Source: the human T2T-CHM13v2.0 reference genome, Homo sapiens. Taken from it: 64,000 nucleotides of DNA. Under the pieces are notes generated by a model. The model saw only the letters and a list, made by a program, of their open reading frames with translations. It searched no databases and had not been told where the DNA came from. Of the stretch, positions 49,120 to 64,000 are shown piece by piece (positions within the stretch are counted from its first letter, which is position 1; each line of letters opens with the position of its first letter). A program made the translations under genes and the position numbers. The DNA lies in assembly GCF_009914755.1 (NCBI RefSeq), contig NC_060925.1; one strand, written 5' to 3'.

Positions 49120-51410
49120 AATTTTATTTTTTAATAATTGAAAAATTATTGTTGTATATATTTGAGTTACCAAGTGATGTTACAATTTATGAATACAATG
49201 TATACGTTAAAATTAAATCAAGTTAATTAACATATCCATCACCTAAAATACTTACTTTTTGTGGTGAGAACATTTGAAATTTACTCTCTTAGCAATTTTG
49301 AAATGTACAATAAATGGTTATTTACTATATTCACCATGTTTTACAATATATCTCATAGTAAAAAGAACCCTTATTATTCCTGTCTAATTGAGACTTTACA
49401 TCCTTTCACCATCTCCTCCCTATTCTTTGACCATCTTCTCCCTATTCTCCCCACCCCGAGCTTCTGGTAATCACCATTCTACTTTCTGTTTCTTTAGTTT
49501 TAGATTGTTTCATTGTTTTAGAGTCCACATGTAAGAGAATATGCAATATTTGTCTCTCTAGGCCTGCCTTCCTTCACGTAACATGTTCTCTAGTTCCAGT
49601 CATATTGTTCCAAATGACACAATTTCTTTCTTTTTTAAGGCTGAATAGTAGTCCATTGTGTATATATACCATATTTTCTTTATCCATTCATCTGCTGATA
49701 GACACTTAGGTTGATTCCATAAGTTGCCTATTGTGAATAGTACTGCAAGGAACATAGATAGGCATGCAGACATTTCTTTGATAAGCTGATTTCAAATCTA
49801 TTGCATAAATACCCAGAAGTAGGATTGTTGGATCATATGGTAATTCTACTTTTGGTTTTTCGGGGAACTTTTATGATGTTTCCATAAAAAGTATACTAAT
49901 TTACATTTCCACCAACAGCGTGCCAGGGCTCCCTTTTCTCTGCATCTTCTCCAACACTTATTATCTGTTGTCTTTTTGATAACAGCCATTCTGACAGGTG
50001 TGAGTGATATCTCACTGTGGTTTTAATTTGCATTTACCTAGTGATCACCGATGTTGAGCATTTTTTCATATGCCTATTGGTCATTTGTGTTATTTCTTTT
50101 AAGAAATGTCTATTCAGCTCCCTTGCTCATTTTTTATTCAAACTATTTCTTTTCTTTCCAAAGAGTTGTTTAGTCTCCTTATATATATTTGATATTAACC
50201 CCTTATCAGATTTATGGCCCAAAAATATTTTCTTCAAATCCATGGGTTGCTTCTTCACTCTGTTAATTGTTTCCTTTGCTGTGCAGAAGCTTTTTATTTT
50301 GATGTAATCCAATTTGTCTATTTTTGCACTTGTTGCCTGTGATCAGGTAGCAATATTTGCTGTTCTGCAATATTTGCTGTTCTGCAGCCTCCGCTGGTGA
50401 CACCCAGGCAAACAGGGTCTGGAGTGGAGCTCCAGCAATTAAAAAATTAAAAAATCATTATCTAGACCAATATTGTGCACTTTTTCTCCTATATTTTCTT
50501 CTAGTAGTTTTACAGTTTAAGGTCTTACATTTACCTCTTTAATCCACTTGATAATATTTCTGTTAATGCTGTGAGATAATGATCTAATTTCATTCTTCTG
50601 CACATGGATATACATTTTTCACAACACCCTTTAATGAAAAGATGTCCTTTTTCCAATGGTTATACTTGGCACCCTTGCTTAACATCAATTGACTATATAT
50701 GAATAGGTTCACTGCTGAGTTTTCCATTCTGCTCCACTGGTCAATTAGTCTATTTTTATGCCAACATCATGCTGTTTAACTAACATCACTTGGTGGTAGA
50801 GTTCAGAATCAGTTAGTATGATGTCCACAGCTTTGTTCTTTTTGCTCGGACTGACTTGGCTATTCAGGGTTTTTTTGCAGTTCCATACACATTTTAGAAT
50901 TATATTTTCTATGTCTATGAAAAACTATATTAAATTTTCATAGGTATTACACTGATTGTGTAGATTGCTTTGGGAGATAATATGAACATTTTAACAAACC
51001 AATTCTTCTAATCCATGAACACAAGATATATTTGTTTTTGTATCTTTTTCAATTGCTTTCATCATGTTTTACAGTTTTTACTATATGGGTAAGTTTCTCA
51101 CCTCCTTGGTTAAATGGATTCCTTTTGATTTCTTTTTCATATAGTTCATTGTTAATGTACAGAAACATCATTGATTTTTGTTTATTGATTTTGTATGCTG
51201 CAACTGTGCTGTGTTAATTTATTAGTTCTAACAGTGTTTTTTTTTTTTGGTGGAATCCTTAGTATTTTCTACATATAAGATCATGTTAGTAAACAGCAAC
51301 AATTTGACTTCTGCTTTTCCTATTTGCATGCATTTAATTTCTTTCTCTTGCTTGATTGGTTTGGTAAGGCTCTTGCTTGATTGGTCTGGTAAGGACTTCC
51401 AGTACTATCT
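49120..51410 (-). mobile_element. Old L1MA element (3' about 2.2 kb) carrying a 98-bp foreign insertion
   Basis: gtggtgagaacatttgaaatttactctcttagcaatttt 3'UTR; ORF2 remnant [23 protein letters not shown]; 25-bp tandem duplication at 51345-51394. Confidence 0.88.
50341..50438 (+). repeat. Inserted copy of the L1PA 5'UTR segment 52479-52559
   Basis: 80 of 81 nt identical to 52479-52559, plus one extra 17-bp unit gcaatatttgctgttct. Confidence 0.95.
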
Positions 51411-51804
51411 TTTTAAAACAGACTTACGGGATACAAATGCAGTTTTGTTACATGGATATATTGCATACTGGTGAAATCTGAGTTTTCTGTATAGCCTTCA
51501 CCCAAATACTGCATATTGTACCCATTAAGTAGTTTATCATACCTTAACCCTTTTCCACCCTTCCACCCTTCTGAGTCTCCAGTGACTATTATTCCATTGT
51601 CTTTGTCCATGTGTACAAATTATTTAGCTCCTGCTTATGAGTGAGAATATGTTTCCGTTTCTGAGTTATTTCAATTAAGATAATGACCTCTAGGATTCCA
51701 TTCTGAGATGGCCGAATAGGAACAGCTCCGATCTGCAGCTTCCAGCATGATCAATGCAGAAGATGGGTGATTTCTGCATTTCCAGCTGAGGTACCTGGTT
51801 CATC

Positions 51805-52131
51805 TCATTGGGACTGGTTGGACAGTGGGTGCAGTCCACTGAGGATGAGCTGAAGCAGTGGGGGTGTCACCTCACCTGGGAAGCACAAGTGGTTGGGGGA
51901 TTTCCCTTTCCTAGCCAAGGGATGCCGTGAGAGATGGCACCTGGAAAACCAGGACACTCCCACCCAAATACTGTGCTTTTCCAATGGTCTTAGCAAATGG
52001 CACACCAGGAGATTATATCCTGCGCCTGGCTCAGTGGATTCCAAGCCCAAGGAGCCTTGCTTATGGCTAGCGCAGCAGTCTGAGATCAACCTATGAGGCA
52101 GCAGCCTGGCAGGTGGAGGGGCATCTGCCAT
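51805..52131 (-). CDS. L1 ORF0-like antisense ORF (108 aa); translation unproven
   Basis: MADAPPPARLLPHRLISDCCAS.. is homologous to ORF0 (MAGAPPPASLPPCSLISDCCAS); strong Kozak context gcaATGg; no internal stop. Confidence 0.55.
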   Translation of the reverse strand: MADAPPPARLLPHRLISDCCASHKQGSLGLESTEPGAGYNLLVCHLLRPLEKHSIWVGVSWFSRCHLSRHPLARKGKSPNHLCFPGEVTPPLLQLILSGLHPLSNQSQ

Positions 52132-52714
52132 TGCTGAGGCTTGAATAGGTAAACATAGCAGCTGGGGAAGCTAGAACTCGGTGGAGCCCACCGCAGCTCA
52201 GCAAGGCTGGCTGCCTCTGTGGTCTCCACCTCTGGGGGCAGGGCATAGCTGAACAAAAGGCAGCAGAAACTTCTGCAGACTTAAACATCCCTGTCTGACA
52301 GCTCTGAAGAGAGCAGTGGTTCTCCCAGCATGGTGTCTGAGCTCAGAGAAAGGACAGGCTGCATCCTCAAGTGGGCCCCTGATGCCCGTGTAGCCTAACT
52401 GGGAGACACCTCTCAGTAGGGGCCGACAGACACCACATATAGGCAGCTGCCCCTCTGGGACGAAGCTTCCAGAGGAAGGATCAGGTCGCAATATTTGCTG
52501 TTCTGCAGCCTCCGCTGGTGACACCCAGGCAAACAGGGTCTGGAGTGGAGCTCCAGCAAACTTCAACAGACCTGTAGCTGAGGGACCTGACTATTAGAAG
52601 GAAAACTAACAAACAGAAAGGAATAGCATCAACATCAACAAAAAGGACATCTACACCAAAACCCTATCTGTAGGTCACCAACATTAAAGACCAAAGGTAG
52701 ATAAAACCACAAAG

Positions 52715-53735
52715 ATGGGGAGAAACCAGAAGAGAAAAGCTGAAAATTCTAAAAATCAGAGTGCCTCTTCTCCTACAAAGGATCACAGCTCCTCGGCAGC
52801 AACAGAAAAAAGCTGGATGGAGAATGATTTTGACAAGTTGACAGAAGTAGGCTTCAGAAGGTTGGTAATAACAAACTTCTCTGAGCTAAAGGAGGATGTT
52901 CGAACCCATCGCAAGGAAGCTTAAAACCTTGAAAAAAGATGAGATGAATGGCCACCTAGAATAAACAGTGTGGAGAAAAACTTAAATGACCTGATGGAGT
53001 TGAAAACCATGACACGAGAACTACGTGACACATGCACAAGCTTCAATAGCCAATTTGATCAAGTGGAAGAAAGGGTATCAGTGATTGAAGATCAAATTAA
53101 TGAAATAAAGCAAGAAGTTTAGAGGAAAAAAAAGTGAAAATAAACGAACAAAGCCTCCAAGAAATATGGGACTCTGTGAAAATATCAAATCTACATTTGA
53201 TTGGTGTACCTGAAAGTGATGGGGAGAATGGAACCAAGTTGGAAAACACTCTTCAGGATATTTTCCAGGAGAATTTCCCCAACCTAGCAAGGCAGGCCAA
53301 CATTCAAATTCAGGAAATAGAGAGAACACTACAAAGATACTCCTTGAGAAGAGCAACTCCAAGACACATAATTGTCAGATTCACCAAGGTTGAAGTGAAG
53401 GAAAAAATGTTAAGGGCAGTCAGAGAGAAAGGTCGGGTTACCAACAAAGAGAAGTCTATCAGACTAACAGTGGATCTCTCAGCAGAAACTCTACAAGCCA
53501 GAAGAGAGTGGGGGCCAATATACAACATTCTTAAAGAAAAGAATTTTCAACCCAAATTTCATATCCAGCCAAACTAAGCTTCATAAGTGAAGGAGAAATA
53601 AAATCCTTTACAGACAAGCAAATGCTGAGAGATTTTGTCACCAGCAGGCCTGCCTTACAAGAGCTCCTGAAGGAAGCACTAAACATGGAAAGGAACAACC
53701 AGTACCAGCCACTGCAAAAATATGCCAAATTGTAA
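52715..53735 (+). pseudogene. Disrupted L1 ORF1
   Basis: MGRNQKRKAENSK..; premature stop at 52922-52924 and frameshifts. Confidence 0.93.
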
Positions 53736-53798
53736 AGACCATCAATGCTAGGAAGAAACTGCATCAAGTAACAGGCAAAATAACCAGCTAACATCATA

Positions 53799-57615
<3,817 letters not shown>

Positions 57616-57906
57616 ACAATGAGAACACTTGGACACAGGATGGGGAACATCACACCCCAGGGCCTGTCATGGGGTGGGGAGCAGGGGGAGGGACAGCATT
57701 AGAGAAATACCTAATATAAATGATGAGATGATGGGTGCAGCAAACCAACATGGCACATGTATACCTACGTAACAAACCTGCACGTTGTGCACATGTACCC
57801 TAGAACTTAAATTATACGTATAAAAAATGATAATGACCTCTAGTTCCATCCATGTTGCTACAAAAGACATTATTTCATTCTTTTTATGGCTGAGTAGTAT
57901 TCCATG

Positions 57907-57932
57907 ATATCTATATCTATATCTATATCTAT
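57907..57932. repeat. (ATATCT)n repeat
   Basis: About four hexamer units. Confidence 0.85.
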
Positions 57933-59533
57933 ACAGATATTAGAAGAGAAAAGATACTGTTATCCCTTCATATATCAATTTCTTCCATGTTACCCAAAAC
58001 ACAATTACAGGAAAAACAGGAGTGCCAAGCCTGCCATGTTGTTTACAGTTTTGGTGTGGTCAAGGAAAGAAAAAATGTTGGCAAAGGAAAATTGCAACAA
58101 AGTTTTCCATTCACTTAATAGAAGGTTAGACATTTTACAAATAAGAGAAGAAAGCTGCATGTTCTTTTCTGATGAATCATGAACACATACTAAGGTTAAT
58201 GGAATTTGCAACCTATCTATGAGGACTTTCAAAACTGAATAGACCCAGTAGCAACAAATAGGGAGAAAGGGGCAAAAACTCAAGCAATCAATCCTAGAAA
58301 AAAATAAATAAATAACATGAGGAAAGAGTCAAAGATGTTTAAGACATCTCAAAGACAGTAAAATTGTAATTCATGCTTTAAATTGATTTTTCCTTAAACA
58401 AAACTTTTTTTTGGAGAGTACATATATTCATTAAGCATACTGATACTTAAAGTGCTTTTGGTGAGAGAACAAAAACAAAGTTAGGTATAAAACAAAATTT
58501 TCAATAAGATCTCTGCAATATAAACAATGTCAAGAGAGACTTCATGTTGGTATAAAATCTGTGATTATCAATAAGCACCACCTCGTGTTTGTCTGGGGGG
58601 TTGTAATAGTTCTCAGAGAATATGGCTTCCCCAATGATCATGACAAAAGAGCCTTCAGTCTTCAGCCAATACTCCTAAGTTGTAAAATGCCGTAATTTTA
58701 ATAACTTTATTTTTCTTGACTTACCTTATCTCCTTCTCTAGTCAGGCAAATCCATACGCCTCCTTCCTGACAGCTCACCTATCGCAGTTGGAAACCTTAA
58801 ACTGACTGCACCATAAAAGACTGACTACCTCAGCAGGAAGCGTGTACAAATTTCTCTTTGCGGTAGAAGTACCTTAATTTTAAGGTCTTTGTGAAGGTGG
58901 TGCCTCTGATACCTTCGTTTAATTTGTCTTATTCCTTATCTTCTCTCTTGCCTTATCTTGAACTCTGTTGTCTCTACTCTCAGCCGCTGAGTACTTACTA
59001 GTTTTCTGGTCCAATATTGCTTTTTAGCCTGAAATGCAGTCTCCTTTACTCTCGAGTCATTTGTGGCTTCTAATACATGACTCAGTCTTGTCCACCAGTT
59101 CTTCCAATATTCTAGGCCAGTCAGATCACGTAACTAGACCCTCCCTTTTCCTGCCAATATTCATTTCTTAGCAATCTTGGTGTCCCACCTTGTCTCTACT
59201 CTGCCCTGACGATCTCTATTATTCTTCTGTGACATTACATTACCTGAACTCTTCATGAAATCATGAACTAAGACCATAGCCTCTCCTCCATCTCACCTCT
59301 GTCTCTGTCTCTCTTTATGACATTTTTATTTCATCCTTATGCTATAGTCAACAAATACATAGAGAATTCTGCTATATTTCTCAAACTCACTGTGATGTGA
59401 ACAAATATTTGAGGGTGATTTTTAAAAAACTTAAAAAATACTTTTGTTGCTTATTTCTGGAATAAAACAAATGAGAACAATAAAAACCAAGTAAGTTAAA
59501 AAAATCCATAGTTAGCTGTTTTTCCTGTAACAT

Positions 59534-59800
59534 TCACCAGGCTGGAGTGCAGTTGTGTGATCTCAGTTCACCGCAACCTCCGTCTCTCAGGCTCAAGTGA
59601 TCCTCCCACCTCAGTACCCCAAGTAGCTGGAAACACAGGTGCACACCACCATATCCAGCTAATTTTTGTGTGTGTGTTTTTAGCAGACACGGGGTTTCGC
59701 CATGTTGCCCAGGCTGGTCTCAAACTCCTTAGCTCAAGCAATCTTCCTGCCTCAGCCTCCCAAAGTGCTGGCATACAGTCATGAGCCACCATGCCTGGCC
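59534..59800 (-). mobile_element. AluJ element lacking its 3' end and A tail
   Basis: Begins at caccaggctggagtgc with no preceding poly(T); ends atgcctggcc. Confidence 0.92.
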
Positions 59801-62104
59801 TATATATAATGTTTTTTACTGCCACATAATGGTTGGGCTACACAAAAACAACAATATTTCCTGACCTAGAACTGATAATTCAGTTAGATTTAAACGGTGT
59901 TGCTTTCAACTAAAAAAATTACAACTTTTAAAAGCAGCAAAAATTTTTACATCATTACCAACATTAATAACTATAATTGAAAAACTCATAGAGAACCAGC
60001 TGTAGGCAAAATATTGGCAGTTACATAAATGTCTCTTACAGATTTCCTGTAGTTTATCTACTTATGTAAGCACCCATGTCTATCAAATGGCTGAGAATTA
60101 AAATCAAATAAAAAGTTGGGCAACATAATATAGTATAAAGCAGATTTTTTTTGATTAGAGATAGTTTTTCTCATAAACAAGTGGATAATTTATTTTAAAG
60201 AACTTCAAAAATTATAATGCTATGAGGAAAATAAAATAGGATGAATCCAATGAATATGGCTAACATCAGATTTTAGTCACTTTTGCAGAAGCTTATACCA
60301 CACAGTCATTTCTCATGTTTCTTCATGGAACTATGTTATTTCATAGTGCAATGATTTTCAAACCCATAAAAGTGATGCCTCAGGGGATCATCCCACTGAG
60401 GCCAACCTAGTCTATCCCATACTTATCAAGTCAAATCATAGACCTGGAGTTCCAACTCTCTAGCCCAAACCTACATGTGTCCATGCTGATTCCGGCATAA
60501 CTAAACATCACATTCAGGATAATTCTCCACATACATAGCTCATAGAGGCTTAAGTCACAAGGAATGAGAAGAATCAAGAACCTGCAGAAGATGTCTCAGG
60601 AGCACATACCTAATCAGTATCAAAAAGCGAACAGAACTCAGCAGTGATCCTCACCTTAGATTCTCCATGAGATGCCAGGGAGGCTACTGTGGCTTAAGTT
60701 TGTTGTATTTTACAAGTGCTGGGGCTCCCACATTCTTTTCTCTAACCTTTGGGATTTCTTATATTCCCAAACTCCTGAGTTTCAACTCTGGGAAATATGG
60801 AAAATACTATGACTTTTCAGCTGTTTTGGTTTTAAAAAAGTGTCTTCATATTGTCTCCTCCACAGACATCTATGGGGGTCTGATCCAAGCAGGGCTGTGG
60901 TCATTGCTCCCTGGACACTGCATTGCATATGAGATAGAGGGTCTGCTAAGCCAGCTGCTGAAGGAAGACTTTATTTCCCAGGGGAAATTCTAGCACATCT
61001 GGGGCACTGTGGTCCTCACACTTGGTTTGGATTCTCTTCCTGATGACGGACGTCTGCTTTCTGGCAAGGGTAAGAGTAATAATCTGTGGTTAATGTCTAA
61101 TGAAAAAATGCTGGCATGTTGAAACAGAAACAAAGCCTCTCTCTTTTTTTTAAAAAAAAAAACATACAGTTTTATGCAAATTAAGTTTGAACATAGAACA
61201 GATCGTGAAAGAATTATCAAAGTATTGCTCTGGGTGGTATTTGGAGTAATAATCTTTAAAAATCAATTTTAAGGTTTACCACTTTTAAACCTTTTATTCT
61301 TGCTTAGCTAAATCGTCATGAAAGCAGGACTTCATACATCTCCCTGATGACAAAACTAATGTTTGGACTGTTTGAGTTGAACATTCTAATATTTAAAAAT
61401 TCTATGCATAGAATTGAACAATATGATTAAACGCAGGAAGGGGACTGTGAGGTGGCAAGATATAACAGATGATAGCGGTTGTACTGCCATCTTTGTTCAG
61501 GTCCTTATTTGCCTGTAAAGCTACGGCAGTCTTCTCTCTGATTATACTATCATTTTTGAACTTTCTATCCAAAGAAATCATTACTAAATGAGTGTATACT
61601 AAATAGTTGTTCACTCTTTAGCAATCATACCTACAATGAAGGCACTCAAACCACTGAACAATTGGAATCCATCGAGGGCTAGGGAAATAACATCTTTGTA
61701 GCCTCTTGGAACTGTTAGGTAAAGAAATCAAATTCTTTGACAGTGATTCAAGCTCTAGGTCACTACAGATTCAAATGTGAGTATGCACTGGGTTTCTATC
61801 TTTAAACCCTTTCACATATATTCTTCTTCCTTCCTCATGGAAAGTTTGATTGACTGATAATATACACCCAGCTCATGAATTAGAATGTCATTTGAAATAG
61901 AATTAGAGAGGTGATTTCCATTTGGATAATTCCAGCTGAGAAGGTATAAATTCCAAGCAGAAGGAATAATAATTGTATGCAAAAAGGTATAGTAGGGAGT
62001 AGCCAGGGCAATGCGTTGACTTTTCCTGCTTGACCAGAAACTTTGATACGCCAAAATAACACAGTTGGGAATACTAGACAGAACACTAGACAGGGGTCAG
62101 TAAC

Positions 62105-62250
62105 AAAGGCACTAAAGCTGTGGGACTTGCTACTTGGTTACCTTAGGCTAAGGCAGATTAAGCACTTTTCTGGTCCTTAATTCCTATCCTGTATATAAGG
62201 GAGATGAATTGGAAAATCTTTAAGGTTCTTCTCAGTCACAAAATTCTGTG
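62105..62250 (+). mobile_element. MIR fragment
   Basis: accttaggc...ttctggtccttaattcctatcctgtatataaggg...tttaaggttcttctcag..aaaattctgtg. Confidence 0.55.
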
Positions 62251-63864
62251 CTTTACTATGCCCCGTCATCAACTCAAGGAAAAGAAGTAAGCAGCTTTAG
62301 GTTTTCTGATGGCAGGAAAAAGAAAATCATCCCAAGAGGGTTATATGACTAGCATTGAGAAGTCCTGTGGAGCATGCTGCATCTTGCTCTTCTTTATTGC
62401 CATATGGAAGGCAAGGCCTCTTACCACATATCTCACTCCATTTATAGCTCCTGGGCAACTATTTTTCTTTTGATAGCTGATGGAAGGTCTAAGAATTAAA
62501 GGTACTGCTGGCCAAAGAAGGCAGCCCAAAGACAACAATGTCAGGAACTCAGAGGTTCAGTAGAACTCCTGGGGAAGGTTGGTCTTGATATTAAAAGGTG
62601 AATCAGAAAGATATATACTGGTCAAATTCATGTTTGAGAATGAGCACATATTCTTAGTCAAATGTTTGCTACTATTCACATGCACCAGAAACAGTGTCAG
62701 AGGAGCCTAGTTAAGGTCTACCTTGTTATTGTTGCATGACAATGCAGGCCAGGGAAGGCCATATCTTGTCATTATTTTAACAGAAATAATAGGATTTTTT
62801 TGCCACCTATTGTTGGCAATAATTTTAAAAACACAACAACCACAACAATACAAAGGCCTACTCGAGGTCTATTCAGTACTAGCCTGAACTGGGTAAGAAG
62901 GTTCTGCAGGATGGAAGTAAAATATGTAATATAATTTTAGTAGGCTAAAAGAGGGTTAGTACTCAATGTGGTAAGAACATGTAGCATGTAGGAAAAGGGG
63001 AAAACCTCAAAAAGGTGTCATTTTGGCTGAATTTTACAGAATTGGTTATAAAACAATTAAATCTATTAAGTAATATGCTGTTACAGAAAATGGAATTATA
63101 TAAATTGCATGTAGACAACTTTAAATTTGGATGCTAATACACCAGAGAAGCACCTTGAGTCGCAGGAGACAGAACCTAAGTAGTGGATTCAGGTTTGCTT
63201 GTAGTTTCATATATTTAGAGAAATGAAATAGAATTATAAAGACAACTTTAGAGCCTATGTAATCCTGCACTTAATTTTCAGTTAACAATACTGATACTTA
63301 ACATTGATATTGCAATACCTACTTATTAGGAACTGTTCTAGACAACTTCCCTTTATTCAGGCTAATATCAAATCAAAGTGCAGGTCTAGAAGCCACTGAC
63401 CAAATCTTTGACCTGGGAAACTCGAGGGCCTCTGCCTTGTGAAAAATGGAACAAAAACTCAACCGGCTTCAGAGTGTTGTTGGGAGGGAATGGAAGAAGA
63501 GTCATATTTTATTTTTCATGCTGTAATACAACTTTGATTCTTTGGAATGAATGCAACCAAAGCCGAATGATATTTTCACCTTTGCTTAAGCATCAGGGTT
63601 ATTGACACCGTTAACTAAAATGGAAGCGCAGCCTCCAGTATAAAAGACCAAGGGTTCTATTCTAGCCACTTTAAGTACAAGATGTCCACTTAACCAATCA
63701 TAGCCTTTTTGAGCAACTGCTGCCTAGATTCTCATTCATCAAAGTAAAATATACCAAAAAGCGAGCAGCATTAGTTAGGGTAAGCATTAGTAAAAACAAG
63801 AATCACTAAGTAAAATACTGCCTTAATGCAGGCTAAAGAAATGTTAGTGTTTTTAAAAACAGCA

Positions 63865-64000
63865 ACATATTTTCTTTATCCACTGTATCATTGATGGGCA
63901 TTTGGGTTGGTTCCAAGTCTTCGCTATGTAAATAGTGCTGCAATAAACATACGTGTGCATGTGTCTTTATAGTAAAATGATTTATAATCCTTTGGGTATA
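63865..64000 (-). mobile_element. L1PA7-like ORF2 C-terminal segment running off the window
   Basis: tttctttatcc..cattgatgggcatttgggttggttccaagtct..gcaataaacatacgtgtgcatgtgtctttat. Confidence 0.9.

Noticed and set aside
58719-58808. Possible 81-nt DPYD-sense pseudo-exon (donor aag|gtaagt at 58725/58724)
   Set aside because: Strong donor but weak acceptor and an early in-frame stop; indistinguishable from background cryptic sites without RNA data.

Overview
This is human (primate) genomic DNA from the DPYD (dihydropyrimidine dehydrogenase) locus, with the gene on the minus strand. The only protein-coding sequence is one 121-nt exon at 68-188, which the ORF track misses. It encodes [41 protein letters not shown] (exon 17 in the usual numbering, from recall). 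The rest of the window is the large upstream intron, rich in retroelements. It holds a 5'-truncated young L1 (GCG/A type; ORF2 in frame but with one nonsense codon and a dead endonuclease), a full-length decayed L1PA6-like element with an open antisense ORF0, short L1PA pieces, eight Alus, old L1M/L2/MIR/LTR/DNA-transposon relics and a 620-bp purine-pyrimidine minisatellite. I found no new gene system. The most unusual signals are: (1) two independent locally templated insertions, one of 140 bp copied into an Alu linker and one of 98 bp from the neighbouring L1 5'UTR (its ZNF93-binding segment) copied into an older L1; (2) a plus-strand 121-nt candidate exon that mirrors the DPYD exon with interlocked splice signals, probably DPYD-AS1; (3) short 3' transductions on two L1s; (4) an ORF0/antisense promoter pointing toward the DPYD exon. 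Repeat subfamily names and the boundaries of old repeats were assigned by eye from remembered consensus sequences and are approximate.
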